From: Octopus sinensis
Taxonomy: Eukaryota
Reading direction: 5' to 3'
NCBI RefSeq assembly: GCF_006345805.1
Contig: NC_043013.1
Location: forward strand, 12,586,001 to 12,650,000
Length of the DNA: 64,000 bases
The notes beneath the pieces were generated by a model. It was not told where the DNA came from and made no database searches. It saw only the letters and a program-made list of their open reading frames with translations. Below, piece after piece: positions 12,391-25,539 of the stretch (positions are counted from its first letter, which is position 1; every line of letters begins with the position of its first letter). Position numbers and translations under genes: made by a program.

Positions 12391-13130
12391 ACCTAATTCA
12401 CTCTACTGCCTGTCTGCCTGTCTGTCTGTCTGCCTGCCTGCCTGTCTCTCCCTCCCTAACCCCCCCTCCCTTTCTCTCCCCTCTCTCTCCCTTTCTGTTA
12501 CAGACATGCATGTGAGTGTGCATTTATTAGTATGTGTGCGTATGCATATTTTATGCTTATGCGTCTGAGTATACATGCATATATGCATCTATGTTAATTT
12601 TATTTCGTCTTTGTATCTGATTTGCAAGATTCTTTGTGTGGATTTGTGTGTTGAAGCAAATTATGTTGTGTCTGGGGAACAGTCATATTGTCTTAATGCC
12701 TTATTATCTAACACACTCACCGGTTCCATTTCCTCTCGTTTATTGTTTGTTTTTCTGACAAAATTTTCGTTGTTTTTGCAACATTATCAACGGATGTTGA
12801 TTCTGTTCATTATCGGAGCTGCATTCTTTTTTTTTGGCTGTGCGTATGTGTGTGCGTCAGTGTGCATGTGTGCTTATGTGTGTGTGTGTGTGCTCGTCTG
12901 TCCTTATTATCTATGTACCTGTCTACCTACCTATCGACCTACCTGTCTATCTACTTACCTTTTTGATTTTAATCACCTTACTTTGAAATTGTATGGATAA
13001 TACCGTACTAAATTCTGGTGCTTCAACTTAAGTACCATATTCATCTGAATCTAATTTTTTGCTGAACTTACCTACTTACCTATGTATCTATCTGTTTAAC
13101 TACATATTCATTTACCTACCTACTTAACTA

Positions 13131-13180
<50 letters not shown>

Positions 13181-13249
13181 CCTACATAACATCCTATTAG
13201 CAAATGTACTTATGTATGTATATTCTATGGGTATTGGGGTATCACTACC

Positions 13250-13990
13250 TTTTATTGTATATTTCTTATTTAGTGCGGGGCATGTTTCATTTATGAGGAC
13301 GTACATCTGTATTTGTCTGAGTGATGAATCCTTCAGGTACTTGAGTAAAATGTCAAGTCGGTCCAGTGTGCCTTCATATTGGTCTTTGACATGTTGGTAG
13401 AGTATTGTATTTTGTCGTCATATGTCTCAAGTGTGCATTTAATCTCTCGGCTATACTTCTAGATGTTTCTCCATGTATGCGCTTTATGCTGTAGACTACA
13501 TTTCTAGTTCTACAGTTAATGCCAAGGTTAATTTTACTATGCAATTTTTATTAGTGCATGTGGTATTTTCGAATGGGTACGTTTCACATAACTGCAATCT
13601 GATGGAGCTTCCTGGGTTTTCAACGTTCTTAATGTTGAATTTGGTCTCCTTCACAACTTTCCTAAATCTACGGGCTAGTTCTCCATGGGTGGGTGACCTC
13701 TCCAAACATCACGCCTTGATATTTGTCAGCCCTGTACCTTGTGTTTACTTTGTTTGCTTTGTCACAAACTCTCTGTATTCTATTCCAGTCTTTACCTCTG
13801 TATCTAGGGCGAATACCACTGTCTTCATTACACATAGCGCTATCTAACTTCTTTCTAGCTTCTCTTTATACACGAATCTTATCTTTCTGGTCATATCCAG
13901 AGAATTGCATGCAGTGCATGAAGTTCTGTACATGTTTCCTCGTTTCATAGGGTTTACGTTGGAGAGACACATTATCCATTATCCTAATTA
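13250..13990 (-). pseudogene. Penelope-like element (PLE) ORF fragment: RT thumb/linker and GIY-YIG endonuclease
   Basis: Translation ..FSGYDQKDKIRVY..THGELARRFRKVV..NCRTRNVVYSIK..HGETSRSIAERLNAH, the PLE-type VVY..GETSR..ER..H GIY-YIG signature; several frameshifts. Confidence 0.8.
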
Positions 13991-14170
13991 AGTCTGCTAT
14001 TAGTATTTTATTTTCGTTTTCTAATTATTCGCATTATTCACATGTGTAACGACATGGTTGCTAACAAGAAAAAACGCTCCATTATTAGAATTTACATAAT
14101 AACAACAATGGTAAAAGTCATGTATGAATTTTAAGAAAAGTTTTGCAAATTTTTATTGTTCCTTTTTCAG

Positions 14171-14639
14171 CAGTGTGTCTCAACCATTTTTCTACCTATG
14201 GACCCCTTTTACTCAGGTGGACACTCGATAATTAGAAAACCACATATTTTTATAAATAAATATTATTAGGAATTGTATAATATTATTTGTTAAAACATTT
14301 TGTGCTTTGTAGAAGTATATCCAATTTATTGTACATAAATTTAAACAACAAATACTTGTCTCAAGTGTGCATTTAATCTCTCGGCTATACTTCTAGATGT
14401 TTCTCCATGGCATGCCGTGTTCTTTTCTTTACAAGCACCCTGTATGCGCTTTATGCTGTAGACTACATTTCTAGTTCTACAGTTAATGCCAAAGTTAATC
14501 TTACCACGCAATTTTTATTAGTGCATGTGGTATTTTCGAATGGGTACGTTTTCCATAATTGCGATCTTGGGGGTCCATATATCCACTAAGGGATATATGA
14601 ACCCCTAAGGGCCATATGGGCCCCGGTTAGGAACCACTA
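14171..14639. mobile_element. hAT-type MITE carrying a PLE GIY-YIG fragment (14355-14565)
   Basis: Imperfect TIRs cagtgtgtctcaacc / ggttaggaaccact(a); subterminal tatggacccc...ggggtccata; no clear 8-bp TSD. Confidence 0.6.
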
Positions 14640-14762
14640 GTTTACACTTTGTATTTGCTGAGTCAGCGTTAGGTAGTCCCTGTTTTGGGTTGTAAAACCT
14701 CAGTTTTTCGAAACTACCTCTTTGTAACATGACATAACCAAGGTCACCAGTAAATACGGGTA

Positions 14763-15240
14763 CAGGTAGTGGCTATGTGGCAAGCTGTTTGCTTCCTATC
14801 CACATGGTTCCGGGTTCAGTCTCACTGCGTGGAACCTTGGGAAAGCATCTTTTACTCTAGTCCCGGGCCAACCAAAATCCTTGTGAGCGGATTTGGCAGA
14901 CGGAAACCGAAAGAAACCCGTCGCTATATATATATATATATATAATATATATATATATACGTGCGTGCGTGTGTGTGTGTGTTTGTGTGTATGTGAATGT
15001 GTGTCTTTGTGTTTGTTCTCCATCATCATTTGACAACTGGGGTTGGTTTGTTTACGTCCCCGTTACGTAACAGTTTGCCAAAATTGATCGCTAGAATATG
15101 CACAAGGCTTTTTTCTTTTTTAAAAAATAATAGGTTCTGGGTTCGATTCGTTCGCCTAAAAAACACTTCAAGGCGGTGCCCCAGAATGGCCAGAGTCCAA
15201 TGACAGAGATAACTAAAAGATGAAAGAAAACGATAAAAGA
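14763..15240 (+). mobile_element. tRNA-derived SINE, family B
   Basis: Head gtggctatgtggcaag...gggttcagtctcactgcgtgg, central (TA)n(GT)n, tail ggcggtgccccagaatggcc. Confidence 0.85.
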
Positions 15241-15709
15241 TATAAATGTACAATCTAGGTGGAGATGCTGTAGGTTCCGAAAGAGTTCTCCATAAATATT
15301 ATCTTTCTTAATGTTTTCGAAAGAAAGCTTAACATCTACTGCGTAGTTGATCTCTATAACTACAAATATTCTTTTCTGTCCCAAACGACTATTTTAATCT
15401 TAATGGAAATTTTGATGAGTATGTTGAAGATATACCTGTCTGAGAAAGGATTTGATCTGTGACCGTGGGTTAAAAGTAAAATGATTAAAGCGTGAAAGAT
15501 CACAGTCTGCAGCAGTTACACACAGCCGTCTGAAGTGAGCCTAAAGCTCTGTCCAAGGATATATGGCTACGGCGTGACGTCACCCGAACTATCGCTATAT
15601 TAGCCATTTGAAGCACAGAAACTATTAAGTCCATTTAAAAGTTTATAATTTAGTGTCATTTTTGAAACAAAACAAAAAAAAAAGAGAATTCTGATACCGA
15701 ATTTACTGG

Positions 15710-16035
15710 TACTCCATCAGTTACGACGACGAGGGTTCCAGTTGATCCGATCAACGGAACAGCCTGCTCGTGAAATTAACGCGCAAGTGACCGAACACTC
15801 CACAGACACGTCACGTGTACCCTTAAGCTAGTTCTGAGGGAGATTCAGCATGACAAAGAATGTAACAAGGCTGGCCTTTTTGAATTACAGGTACAACTGA
15901 ATTTTGCCAAGTGAGTGGACCGGAGCAACGTGTAATAAAGTGTCTTGCTCAAGAACAGAACGCGCCGCCGAGAATCGAACTCATGACCTTACGATCATAA
16001 ACCGAATACCCTAACCACTAAGCCACACGCCTTCA
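15710..16035 (-). mobile_element. tRNA-derived CORE-like SINE, family C, tail type 1
   Basis: Reverse head ggcgtgtggcttagtggttaggg; tail aatttcacgagcaggctgttccgttgatcggatcaactggaaccctcgtcgtcgtaac shared with 55200-55260. Confidence 0.85.
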
Positions 16036-16149
16036 CATGACGCCAAACAATACTATGATTGAATGAATTTAAGTTTTGATTGTTTTTAAATGCCTAATAT
16101 GTGTGTTCCTCGTTGTATTTGCTTTGGTGGGAATGTTTTGCCAATATTC

Positions 16150-16530
16150 TTTGTTTTGAAACCTACGTGCAGTGTGTCCCCATGCCGCCACCTTTTTTTG
16201 AACTGAGTTTTAGACTCAATTCAGACGGCTATGTGAAGCCACAGGAGACTGCGATCAAATCCTGGCTGCAAAGGGTTGCTGCTGGAACGCCATATATGTG
16301 GCAGCAAGATTCGGCCTCTTACCATACGTCCAGTAAGAGCCATGTATTACTGTATGTGAGGCGCAGGTGAGAAAGATGCCAGCCGGTTTTTGCCGAGATG
16401 GTGGCCAAGAACAAGGAGGTATTCGAAGATCTTCCCAGGAATACAGTGAGGAACGCATGCGCCAGATTCCGGAGCCGTCTTGAAGCCATGGCGGAAGCTG
16501 AGTGAGGCGAGATGGAGTAAACTGTTATTT
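16150..16530 (+). pseudogene. DD37D (maT-like) Tc1/mariner transposase fragment
   Basis: MPPPFF..RLNSDGYVK..WLQRVAAGTPYMWQQDSASYHTS then ..VFEDLPRNTVRNACARFRSRLEAMAEAE. Confidence 0.75.
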
Positions 16531-17439
16531 CCCAGCCACAATCTAGTTGATATGCTTTGATTTTTTAAAGATACTTATTTATGATTTTTGGATGAGATTA
16601 GGTGTTTTCTTTTCCTTTTATGCAAACTCTCAAACTTAACCCGAATAACAAGTATGTACTCAACATACGGAATATTTTCCACGTTTTTTCCAGGATTTTC
16701 TTTCCAGCGGATGTTTTGTATTGTATTTCAGCAACATCCTGTTGCATTGAAAATTTGTACCTTCCGAGAGCAGTACCTTCCGCAGAAATGTAACACGTTT
16801 GATATTTTCGGTTGCATCTTCGGTGTTTAAATGCTACACTCTGACTTGTTTCTTTGGGTATTTCTTTTAGCGCCCTTCTTTTGCGTTGCAAAACCATAAT
16901 TTTCAAAATGTGACGTAATGTAACGGACACATATCAAGGAAAAGCAACTCCTCGTGTCGATTTTAGCATCATCCTTAATTTTACTGACAACATAAGTAAG
17001 CGAAAGTGTAAGTCGGTCAAATGGATTGTATCTGTAATGCAAAGGATTAGCTTCGTCACACTCTCGTTATATCGTACTGACCCTAAATGAAAATTACTTT
17101 AAAGATATTCGTGTCTGAGGAATACTCAATCACTTCACATGCCAAGTCAGTGAGTAAGTTTTCCTGATGATCGATCAACTGAACACTCATTACAGAGGTC
17201 TTGAAACAAAATGTCTCAATATTTCAAAATTTAAAATATTTTGCTCTACAGCTGTTTCCATGAAATATACGTAAAAATCATCAGCTATAAAATTATTACT
17301 TGACAAATAATTAATTTAGTTGTATGTGATGATGTAAACTGGTTAAGTAATAAGTAAAAATTGTTTTTCATAATTTACATCGTTTCCATAATGAGTTTTT
17401 AAGTTATAGTTAATTGTGTTTTAAAACACTTTGCTACAT

Positions 17440-17590
17440 TTTCGCCATGATTGACCGCTAGGGCCAAAAGATTTCTTTATTCTCTCTCTGTTTATTTCTT
17501 TGCGTTCCTTTCTGTTGAAGAGCGTTAAACTACAACACCTGTTTGTTGTTTATACACCTGTCTTCGTCTTTTGTTTTTCTGTAAATTTCA
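17440..17590 (+). mobile_element. PLE-terminus-like repeat, family H2, with ribozyme segment deleted
   Basis: ttcgccatgattgaccgctag...cctttctgttgaagagcgt|taaact; lacks the segment between two gagcgt repeats present at 43823-43870. Confidence 0.65.
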
Positions 17591-17625
17591 ACTATATAGA
17601 TATATACATACATACATGTATATAA

Positions 17626-18082
17626 CAGGTTGAGTAAAAAGTAAGCAACATTTTGAACCATGAAGAATTTGTACCATATTTTTGCAGTTTTGAATTTTTT
17701 TAAACATTTTTTTGCAATTGTCTGACAATACAGACAGACTTGCCCAAATGCATCAATAAATTAACATTCTTTATAATAATGCTTGACCTCTCATTTCACT
17801 AATGACGCTCCAGAAGCTGAAGGAACTTGGCTACGAAGCACCTTGATAGTTTCCTGCGAGAGGAGTTCAAAAATCAAACCCATGTTGAAAGTGCGGTCAA
17901 AGAGTTCACCAGCTCCAGAACTCCAGATTTTTATGTTAACGGAACAAACAAACTTGTAACTCGTTGACAAAAATGTGTTGATTGTAGTGGTACTTACTTT
18001 GATGAATAAAATTTCCGCATTGTTGAAATATATTGTGATGAATTTCATGTTTCAAAACGTTGCTTACTTTTTACTCAGCCTG
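17626..18082 (+). mobile_element. Mariner internal-deletion derivative (~457 bp)
   Basis: 32-bp TIRs caggttgagtaaaaagtaagcaacattttgaa (2 mismatches); C-terminal remnant LQKLKELGYE..EFTSSRTPDFYVNGTNKLVTR*QKCVDCSGTYFDE*. Confidence 0.85.
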
Positions 18083-18085
18083 ATA

Positions 18086-18176
<91 letters not shown>

Positions 18177-18224
18177 CTATATATATATAATATATATATT
18201 ATATATATATATATAATATATATA

Positions 18225-18259
<35 letters not shown>

Positions 18260-18292
18260 CTATATATATATATATATATGTGTATATTATAT

Positions 18293-18334
<42 letters not shown>

Positions 18335-18336
<2 letters not shown>

Positions 18337-18510
18337 CAAAAATAAACAAAAAACAAAAGACGAGACAGGTGGTGAAGACAACAAACAGATGTATTAGCAT
18401 AACGCTCGGGAAGTGAAAAAGTCATTAAAGTTTCGAGTCTACGCTCTTCCACAGAAACGAACACAGAAAGAAACAAGGAGAGAAAATAAAGAATGTGTAG
18501 TGGCTAGCTA
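18335..18510 (-). mobile_element. PLE-terminus-like repeat, family H2, decayed hammerhead-like motif at 18423-18460
   Basis: Reverse reads gtttctgtggaagagcgtagactcgaaactttaatgac; homologous to 43745-43930. Confidence 0.65.
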
Positions 18511-18972
18511 AATAAATAAATAAATAAATATATATATATATATATATAGAAAAATAAAAAGAAAGAAAGAGAGAGAGAGAGAGATGTGGGGAGAAAGGTG
18601 ATGGCTAAAGTTGCAATATAAAGACGCAGTCAAGTCGCAAAATGTGTTATATACCTCATTCTGATTCTGCTCCAGGCTTACATAAGAGATACAAGCATCT
18701 ACGGAATACTCATCCACTTATATGTTGATTAAGTAAGTATGTAGTTCCGCTGGTTAAACAACTGGTGTACACGTCGTCGAAACCGACGGAAGATCCATTT
18801 TGTAAAATTCGTAGGAGGATGAAAAAGATGATGAAGAAGCTCTTGGACGGAAGCAGATGAGGCGTAGGCAGAGGAATCGATAATTTGAAGATCGATTTTA
18901 TTGAACTAAGTTCTCGACTAGGACACTTCAGCCTGAGATCTTCGTAGACACACCTTGCATACCAACACAAAT

Positions 18973-18974
<2 letters not shown>

Positions 18975-19017
<43 letters not shown>

Positions 19018-19154
19018 ACACACACACACACACGCTCGCATGCCCGCCCGCACGTACACATACAAGCACATGCATTTACATTCATACACACACTTTCATC
19101 AGAAATGCACTCGTGTGAACCTAATACACACACACACACACACACGCATAGACG

Positions 19155-19190
<36 letters not shown>

Positions 19191-20026
19191 TATTTCAGCA
19201 ATCGGTCCTTTGGATGTGTGTATGGGTATATACATACCTATGCAGGTATGTCTATGTATGTATGTATGTATGTACGTACTCAGGTATGTATGTATGTTGT
19301 TATCTATGTATGCATGCATGTATGTGTGTGTGTATATATATGTATGTATGTATGATTGTAAGTATGTATGTGTGTATGTACTGCATATAATTCATCATAT
19401 TAACACGTACCTGTATATGTGCGTATGTCTGTGTGTGTGTGTTTGTGTCTCTGTATGTGTGTGCGTGTACATGTACGGTCCTGTGTGTGCGAATATTCGC
19501 ATTTGTCAACTTATTTATACAGACTGTTTGTTTATGTATATACATGCATATTTTTATATTTCTAAGCATGCAAATTTCTATATAGACTTGCACAGATGTA
19601 CCCGTATTTACACCCGAATTCACACCCGTATTTACAATCTCACACACAATTACCGCACATCTTCATTACAAATATATGCATTTTTGTTTGTTTCTGTGTG
19701 TGTATATATAAATATATATATATATATACATACATATATATATATATATGTACGTATGTATGTTTGTATGTATATAGACATATATCTCCAATGTGTGTAT
19801 CTGTATGTGTATATATGTCTGTATGTGTATGCGTGTGTATGTGAGTGTTTGAGTGTGGCTATGCCAGTGCAATATTCGCCATTTTCTTGCTATATACATA
19901 ATATATTTCCTATTTATTGGTGTGCCTATTTTTGTTGATATCTTTCTTCGTCTTCCACATTGCTCTTCCCAGTATGCGCAAGTGTATACAAACACGCACA
20001 TTATATACATACATACATATACATAT

Positions 20027-20067
<41 letters not shown>

Positions 20068-20272
20068 CAAACAAATATATATATTTATATTCACACACAC
20101 ATGCATACGTACTTACATACATACATACAAATATATATATATACATTTATAGAGAAATACATACATATTTACACATACACAAACATGCATACATACATAC
20201 ATACGTACGTACATACACACATATAAATATAGATACACATATATTTGCATACACACACCATATATACTGATA

Positions 20273-20312
<40 letters not shown>

Positions 20313-20427
20313 ATAATATATATCAACATATCAACTAAAATATACTCACACACAAACATATATGGAAACATATATATATATGGAAACATATATATATATA
20401 TAAATGTATTATATATATGTATATATA

Positions 20428-20472
<45 letters not shown>

Positions 20473-20560
20473 TATATATACATACATATATATATATATA
20501 TACACACACACTCACACACATATATATATATATACATATATATATCAACAATAACATATA
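18975..20560. repeat. Degenerate (CA)n/(TA)n/(TATG)n microsatellite tract
   Basis: Direct inspection. Confidence 0.85.
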
Positions 20561-20640
20561 AATGCTATGATCAAAGTGAATGTGAAGAAACATCTTCTTT
20601 TGCACAATCTCTGCGATAAACATGGCCCATTTTCTTGTAG

Positions 20641-20858
20641 AATCTTTGTCAGAAATCTCACTTTGATGTTTGCGATGCTGCGATATCGATGCTGCTGTGA
20701 TACAGCTGCTGCTGCTGCTGCTGCTGCTTGTGGTACTGGTGCTGGTGCTGCTGGTGTTGGTGACGTAGATGCTGCTGCTGCAGCTACTGAAGTAGGTGCT
20801 GCTTTCTTATTGCTCATAGCCTTCGTTCAAGATGTGGTTGGAAACAAACTATCTGAAC
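20641..20858. CDS. Candidate exon island; Ala-rich reading frames with splice-like signals on both strands
   Basis: Plus: ccattttcttgtag|20641..20858|gtaaga, open in one frame. Minus: ttacgttcag| then [38 protein letters not shown]|gtgaga. No known domain. Confidence 0.25.
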
Positions 20859-20885
20859 GTAAGATCGAAATATATACAGTGCATA

Positions 20886-20950
<65 letters not shown>

Positions 20951-21136
20951 CTTGCAAATGTATATACATATATGTGTTTATATATATATATATGTATATA
21001 TATATATGTATGTATGTATGAGTGCGTGTGTATATATATATGTGTGTGTGTATTTACAGATAGGTATACTATAAAAACGAGATGAAATACAATATTAAAA
21101 TTCATGAAATAATAACAATAATAAAGACGTGGTATC

Positions 21137-21183
<47 letters not shown>

Positions 21184-21409
21184 AGAATATCAACTAAAAG
21201 TTCTAGATACATAAATGAATATGATGGAGGCATCAAACTTGAAATAATAAATAAACACACAAATATAGCATGAATATTCATATAATAAAAAGTTTTATGA
21301 TGTTGATGATGATGATGTTGATGATTATGATGATGATGATGATCATAATAATAACAACAGCATTATCATCATCATTACAGTCCCCACCACCACCACCACC
21401 ACCAAGCAC

Positions 21410-21836
21410 AATGCCTGAAATTTTGGGTGAGAGGATATAGTCGATTACATTGAACCCCAGTGCTCCACTGGTATTTACTTCATCGACCCCCGAAAGAATG
21501 AAAGGCAAAGTCGACCTCGGCAGAATTTTAACTCAGTACATAAAGACGGACAAAAATGCCGCTGAGCTTTTAGTCCGGCGGGCAAACGATTCTGCCTGCT
21601 CGCTCTCTTAATAAAAATAACAATAATAATTTTTACTCAAAGCACAAAGCCTGAAATTGTAGGGGAAGGGGTTTTTTAGTCGATTACATCAACCCTAGTG
21701 TTTCACTGGTACTTAATTTATCGACCCCAAAAAGATGTAAGGTAAAGTCCACATCAGCGGAATTTGAACTCAGAACGTGGAAATGCTGCTAAGCATTTTG
21801 TCTGGTGGGCTAACGATTCTGCCATCTCATTGCCTT
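21410..21836 (-). mobile_element. Two adjacent family A SINEs (21410-21604, 21632-21836)
   Basis: Reverse matches to the family A head and body with the gcctgaaatt tail. Confidence 0.8.
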
Positions 21837-21851
21837 AATAATAATAATAAC

Positions 21852-21916
<65 letters not shown>

Positions 21917-21942
21917 TAACAATAATAATAATAATATAATAA

Positions 21943-21995
<53 letters not shown>

Positions 21996-22020
21996 TAAAA
22001 ATACTAATAATAATAATAAT

Positions 22021-22318
22021 AGATCAAGAAGGGAACCGAAAATTATATGAGAATGATCCCTGGCTTACCATCCCTGCAAGAAGTGCAAAAGATTGTCTTA
22101 ACTGGTACATCACACGTATTGAGAAGAGCATTGTCGATGTGAGAACTGTTGCTGCTCATGTATTCTAATTTAACTTTAAAAAAAAATTTTTTTAAATGAA
22201 CGAACTATTGAGTTTGGTTTAATGGCCTACCAATGTATACTTTGAGTTTCTTTGCCCTAGGAGTCGGGAAGACACTCGGCAAGAAATGGAAACAAATTTG
22301 AAAGAAGGAAAAAAAAGT
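22021..22318 (+). pseudogene. R4/Dong-like REL non-LTR 3' fragment inside (TAA)n
   Basis: IKKGTENYMRMIPGLPSLQEVQKIVLTGTSHVLRRALSM*; (AAT)n on both sides. Confidence 0.8.
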
Positions 22319-22387
22319 AATAATAATAATAATAATAAATAATAATAATAATAATAATAATAAAAATAATATTAATAATAATAATAA

Positions 22388-22595
22388 TTTCAAGTTTTTG
22401 CCACAAGGGCAGCTTGGGGGAGGGAGTAAGTCGTTTACATCGACTCCAGTGCGTAACTGGTACTTGTTTAATCGACCCCGAAAGCATGAAAGGCAAAGTT
22501 GACTTCGGCGGAATTCGAACTCAGAATGTAGCGACAGACAAAAAACCGCCAGGCATTTCCCCGGCGAACAAACGATTCTGCCAGCTCACCACCTT
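22388..22595 (-). mobile_element. tRNA-derived SINE, family A
   Basis: Reverse match to family A. Confidence 0.8.
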
Positions 22596-22634
<39 letters not shown>

Positions 22635-22839
22635 TAATAATAATAATAAAATAATAATGATAATATGATAATAATAATAATATAATGATAATAATGATAA
22701 TATAATAATAATGATAATAATAATAATAATAATAATGATAATAATGATAATAATAATAATAATAATATGATAATAATAATAATAATAATAATAATATAAT
22801 AATAATAATAATATAATAATAATAATAATAATAATAGTA

Positions 22840-22870
<31 letters not shown>

Positions 22871-22990
22871 TATAATAATAATAATAATAATGATATAATA
22901 ATAATAATGATAATAATAATAATAATGATAATAATGATAATAATATAATAATGATAATAATGATAATAATAATATAATAATAATAATAAT

Positions 22991-23033
<43 letters not shown>

Positions 23034-23059
23034 TAATAATAATAATAATAGTAATAGTA

Positions 23060-23120
<61 letters not shown>

Positions 23121-23150
23121 AATATAATAATAATAATAATGATAATAATG

Positions 23151-23185
<35 letters not shown>

Positions 23186-23196
23186 ATAATAATAGG
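22596..23196. repeat. (AAT)n array
   Basis: About 600 bp of aat/gat units. Confidence 0.95.
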
Positions 23197-23572
23197 CAAG
23201 ATCAGTAAATATAAAGACTTGCTAATAGAAATTGAAAAAATGTGGCATCTCAAGGCGACTACAGTGCCAGTGATTGTAGGATCTCTAAGAATGATAAAAA
23301 AAAAAGAAGGTACTGAAACCTATTTGAAAATGATGCCATCCCTTCAGGAATTGCAAAAAATTGTGTTGACCTGAACGACTCATGTACTGAGAAGAGCATT
23401 ATCGCTGTGAAAACAACATCCATTCATGAGTTTATTTATTTATTAACTTTATTTTAATACATATTTTACCTGTGAATTTGCGTGTGTAATCTGGGAATGC
23501 ATACAATGAGCTTCTCTGCCCTAGGTGTACGGAAAACTCTCGGCGAGAAATGGAAGAAAATTTGAAGAAAGA
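23197..23572 (+). pseudogene. R4/Dong-like REL non-LTR 3' fragment, copy 1 of a tandem pair
   Basis: KISKYKDLLIEIEKMWHLKATTVPVIVGSL..LQELQKIVLT*TTHVLRRALSL*; (AAT)n flanks. Confidence 0.8.
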
Positions 23573-23614
23573 ATAATAATAATGATAATAATAATGATAA
23601 TAATAATAATAATA

Positions 23615-23660
<46 letters not shown>

Positions 23661-23870
23661 TAATGATAATATGATAATAATAATAATATAATGATAATAA
23701 TGATAATATAATAATAATGATAATAATAATAATAATAATAATGATAATAATGATAATAATAATAATAATAATATGATAATAATAATAATAATAATAATAA
23801 TATAATAATAATAATAATATAATAATAATAATAATAGTAATAGTAATAATAATAATAATAAATAATAATA

Positions 23871-23903
<33 letters not shown>

Positions 23904-24001
23904 TATAATAATAATAATAATTGATAATAATGATAATAATAATAATAATGATAATAATAATAATAATAATAATGATAATAATGATAATAATAATAATAAT
24001 G

Positions 24002-24092
<91 letters not shown>

Positions 24093-24198
24093 TAATAATA
24101 ATAATAATAATAATAATGAATAATAATAATATAATAATAATAAATAATAAAATAATAATAATGATAATAAAATAATAATAATAATAATAATAATAATA

Positions 24199-24575
24199 GG
24201 CAAGATCAGTAAATATAAAGACTTGCTAATAGAAATTGAAAAAATGTGGCATCTCAAGGCGACTACAGTGCCAGTGATTGTAGGATCTCTAAGAATGATA
24301 AAAAAAAAGAAGGTACTGAAACCTATTTGAAAATGATGCCATCCCTTCAGGAATTGCAAAAAATTGTGTTGACCTGAACGACTCATGTACTGAGAAGAGC
24401 ATTATCGCTGTGAAAACAACATCCATTCATGAGTTTATTTATTTATTAACTTTATTTTAATACATATTTTACCTGTGAATTTGCGTGTGTAATCTGGGAA
24501 TGCATACAATGAGCTTCTCTGCCCTAGGTGTACGGAAAACTCTCGGCGAGAAATGGAAGAAAATTTGAAGAAAGA
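24199..24575 (+). pseudogene. R4/Dong-like REL non-LTR 3' fragment, copy 2 (near-identical to 23197-23572)
   Basis: Identical by eye except one poly-A length (9 vs 10). Confidence 0.8.
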
Positions 24576-24599
24576 ATAATAATAATGATAATAATAATG

Positions 24600-24718
<119 letters not shown>

Positions 24719-24777
24719 AATAATAACAGCAATTTCTTATCGAGACAGCATCTCTAGAGGGGTTTGTCTAAAAAGTC

Positions 24778-24901
24778 TCAAAGGGGCCCTTCTACTCTTA
24801 GAGGTGTAATAATATACGAGGGGTCTAAATATCGTTCCCTTGATGACAATGGCACTCTTCTTATCTGTTCTTCTATATCTTCTGGAGGAGTTACCTCAAT
24901 C
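24778..24901 (-). CDS. Candidate terminal exon (speculative)
   Basis: Acceptor ttcattttggctaatatttatag|G; reads IEVTPPEDIEEQIRRVPLSSRERYLDPSYIITPLRVEGPL*; no recognised homology. Confidence 0.15.
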
Positions 24902-25539
24902 CTATAAATATTAGCCAAAATGAAGATTAACACGTTTATTTTTTGAACCTTCGGAAGACACACGAGATGTTGAAATATCCTTCATGTCGCCGAAAGGGAA
25001 CGACATGAAGAAACCTTTCAATACTGTACAGCGATGCAAATTAAACAATTTCTTGAGTTGATAGAATTAATAGCCAGCTCTCTATCGGAGAAATCTTATC
25101 ATCTAAATAAAGGAAAACACGTTGTGGAAAAAAATTAAGTCCTGGCTACCAACATGTCTCACAAAATGATGAATTCGTCGCAACAGAAACGCCTGAAGAA
25201 CGGCGAAATATCGATAACCTGATAAACAACAAAAGAAAATCACAGGCGTACATGGAGATAATTGTAACATGGCGACGCTATGAAGATAAGCGACAATTTT
25301 ATCGTTAGAGAAAAATAGAATCATTTCTGCACAAAGCTTACTTACATACATACATACAGCAGGTTGTCGAAGCGACATTGTGTAGAAACTAGGAATCCGG
25401 CAAACATGAACTTTACGGACATAGTCTGTCTCTAAGCAGAACAGTAAAAATATACAAGACTTTCCTAAGGTTTTAGATGTCACAGTATTAGTTACTGTTA
25501 TCCAAACTCCAATGATGGAGCGTTTTTTTTTTGCTGGTA

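Noticed and set aside
16598-16930. 110-aa minus-strand ORF, considered as a piggyBac C-terminus
   Set aside because: No complete cysteine-rich motif and no TTAA-bounded ends
18650-18953. Exon-like island with ag/gt signals on both strands
   Set aside because: Every frame hits a stop within or shortly after the bounded segment, and the strand cannot be decided
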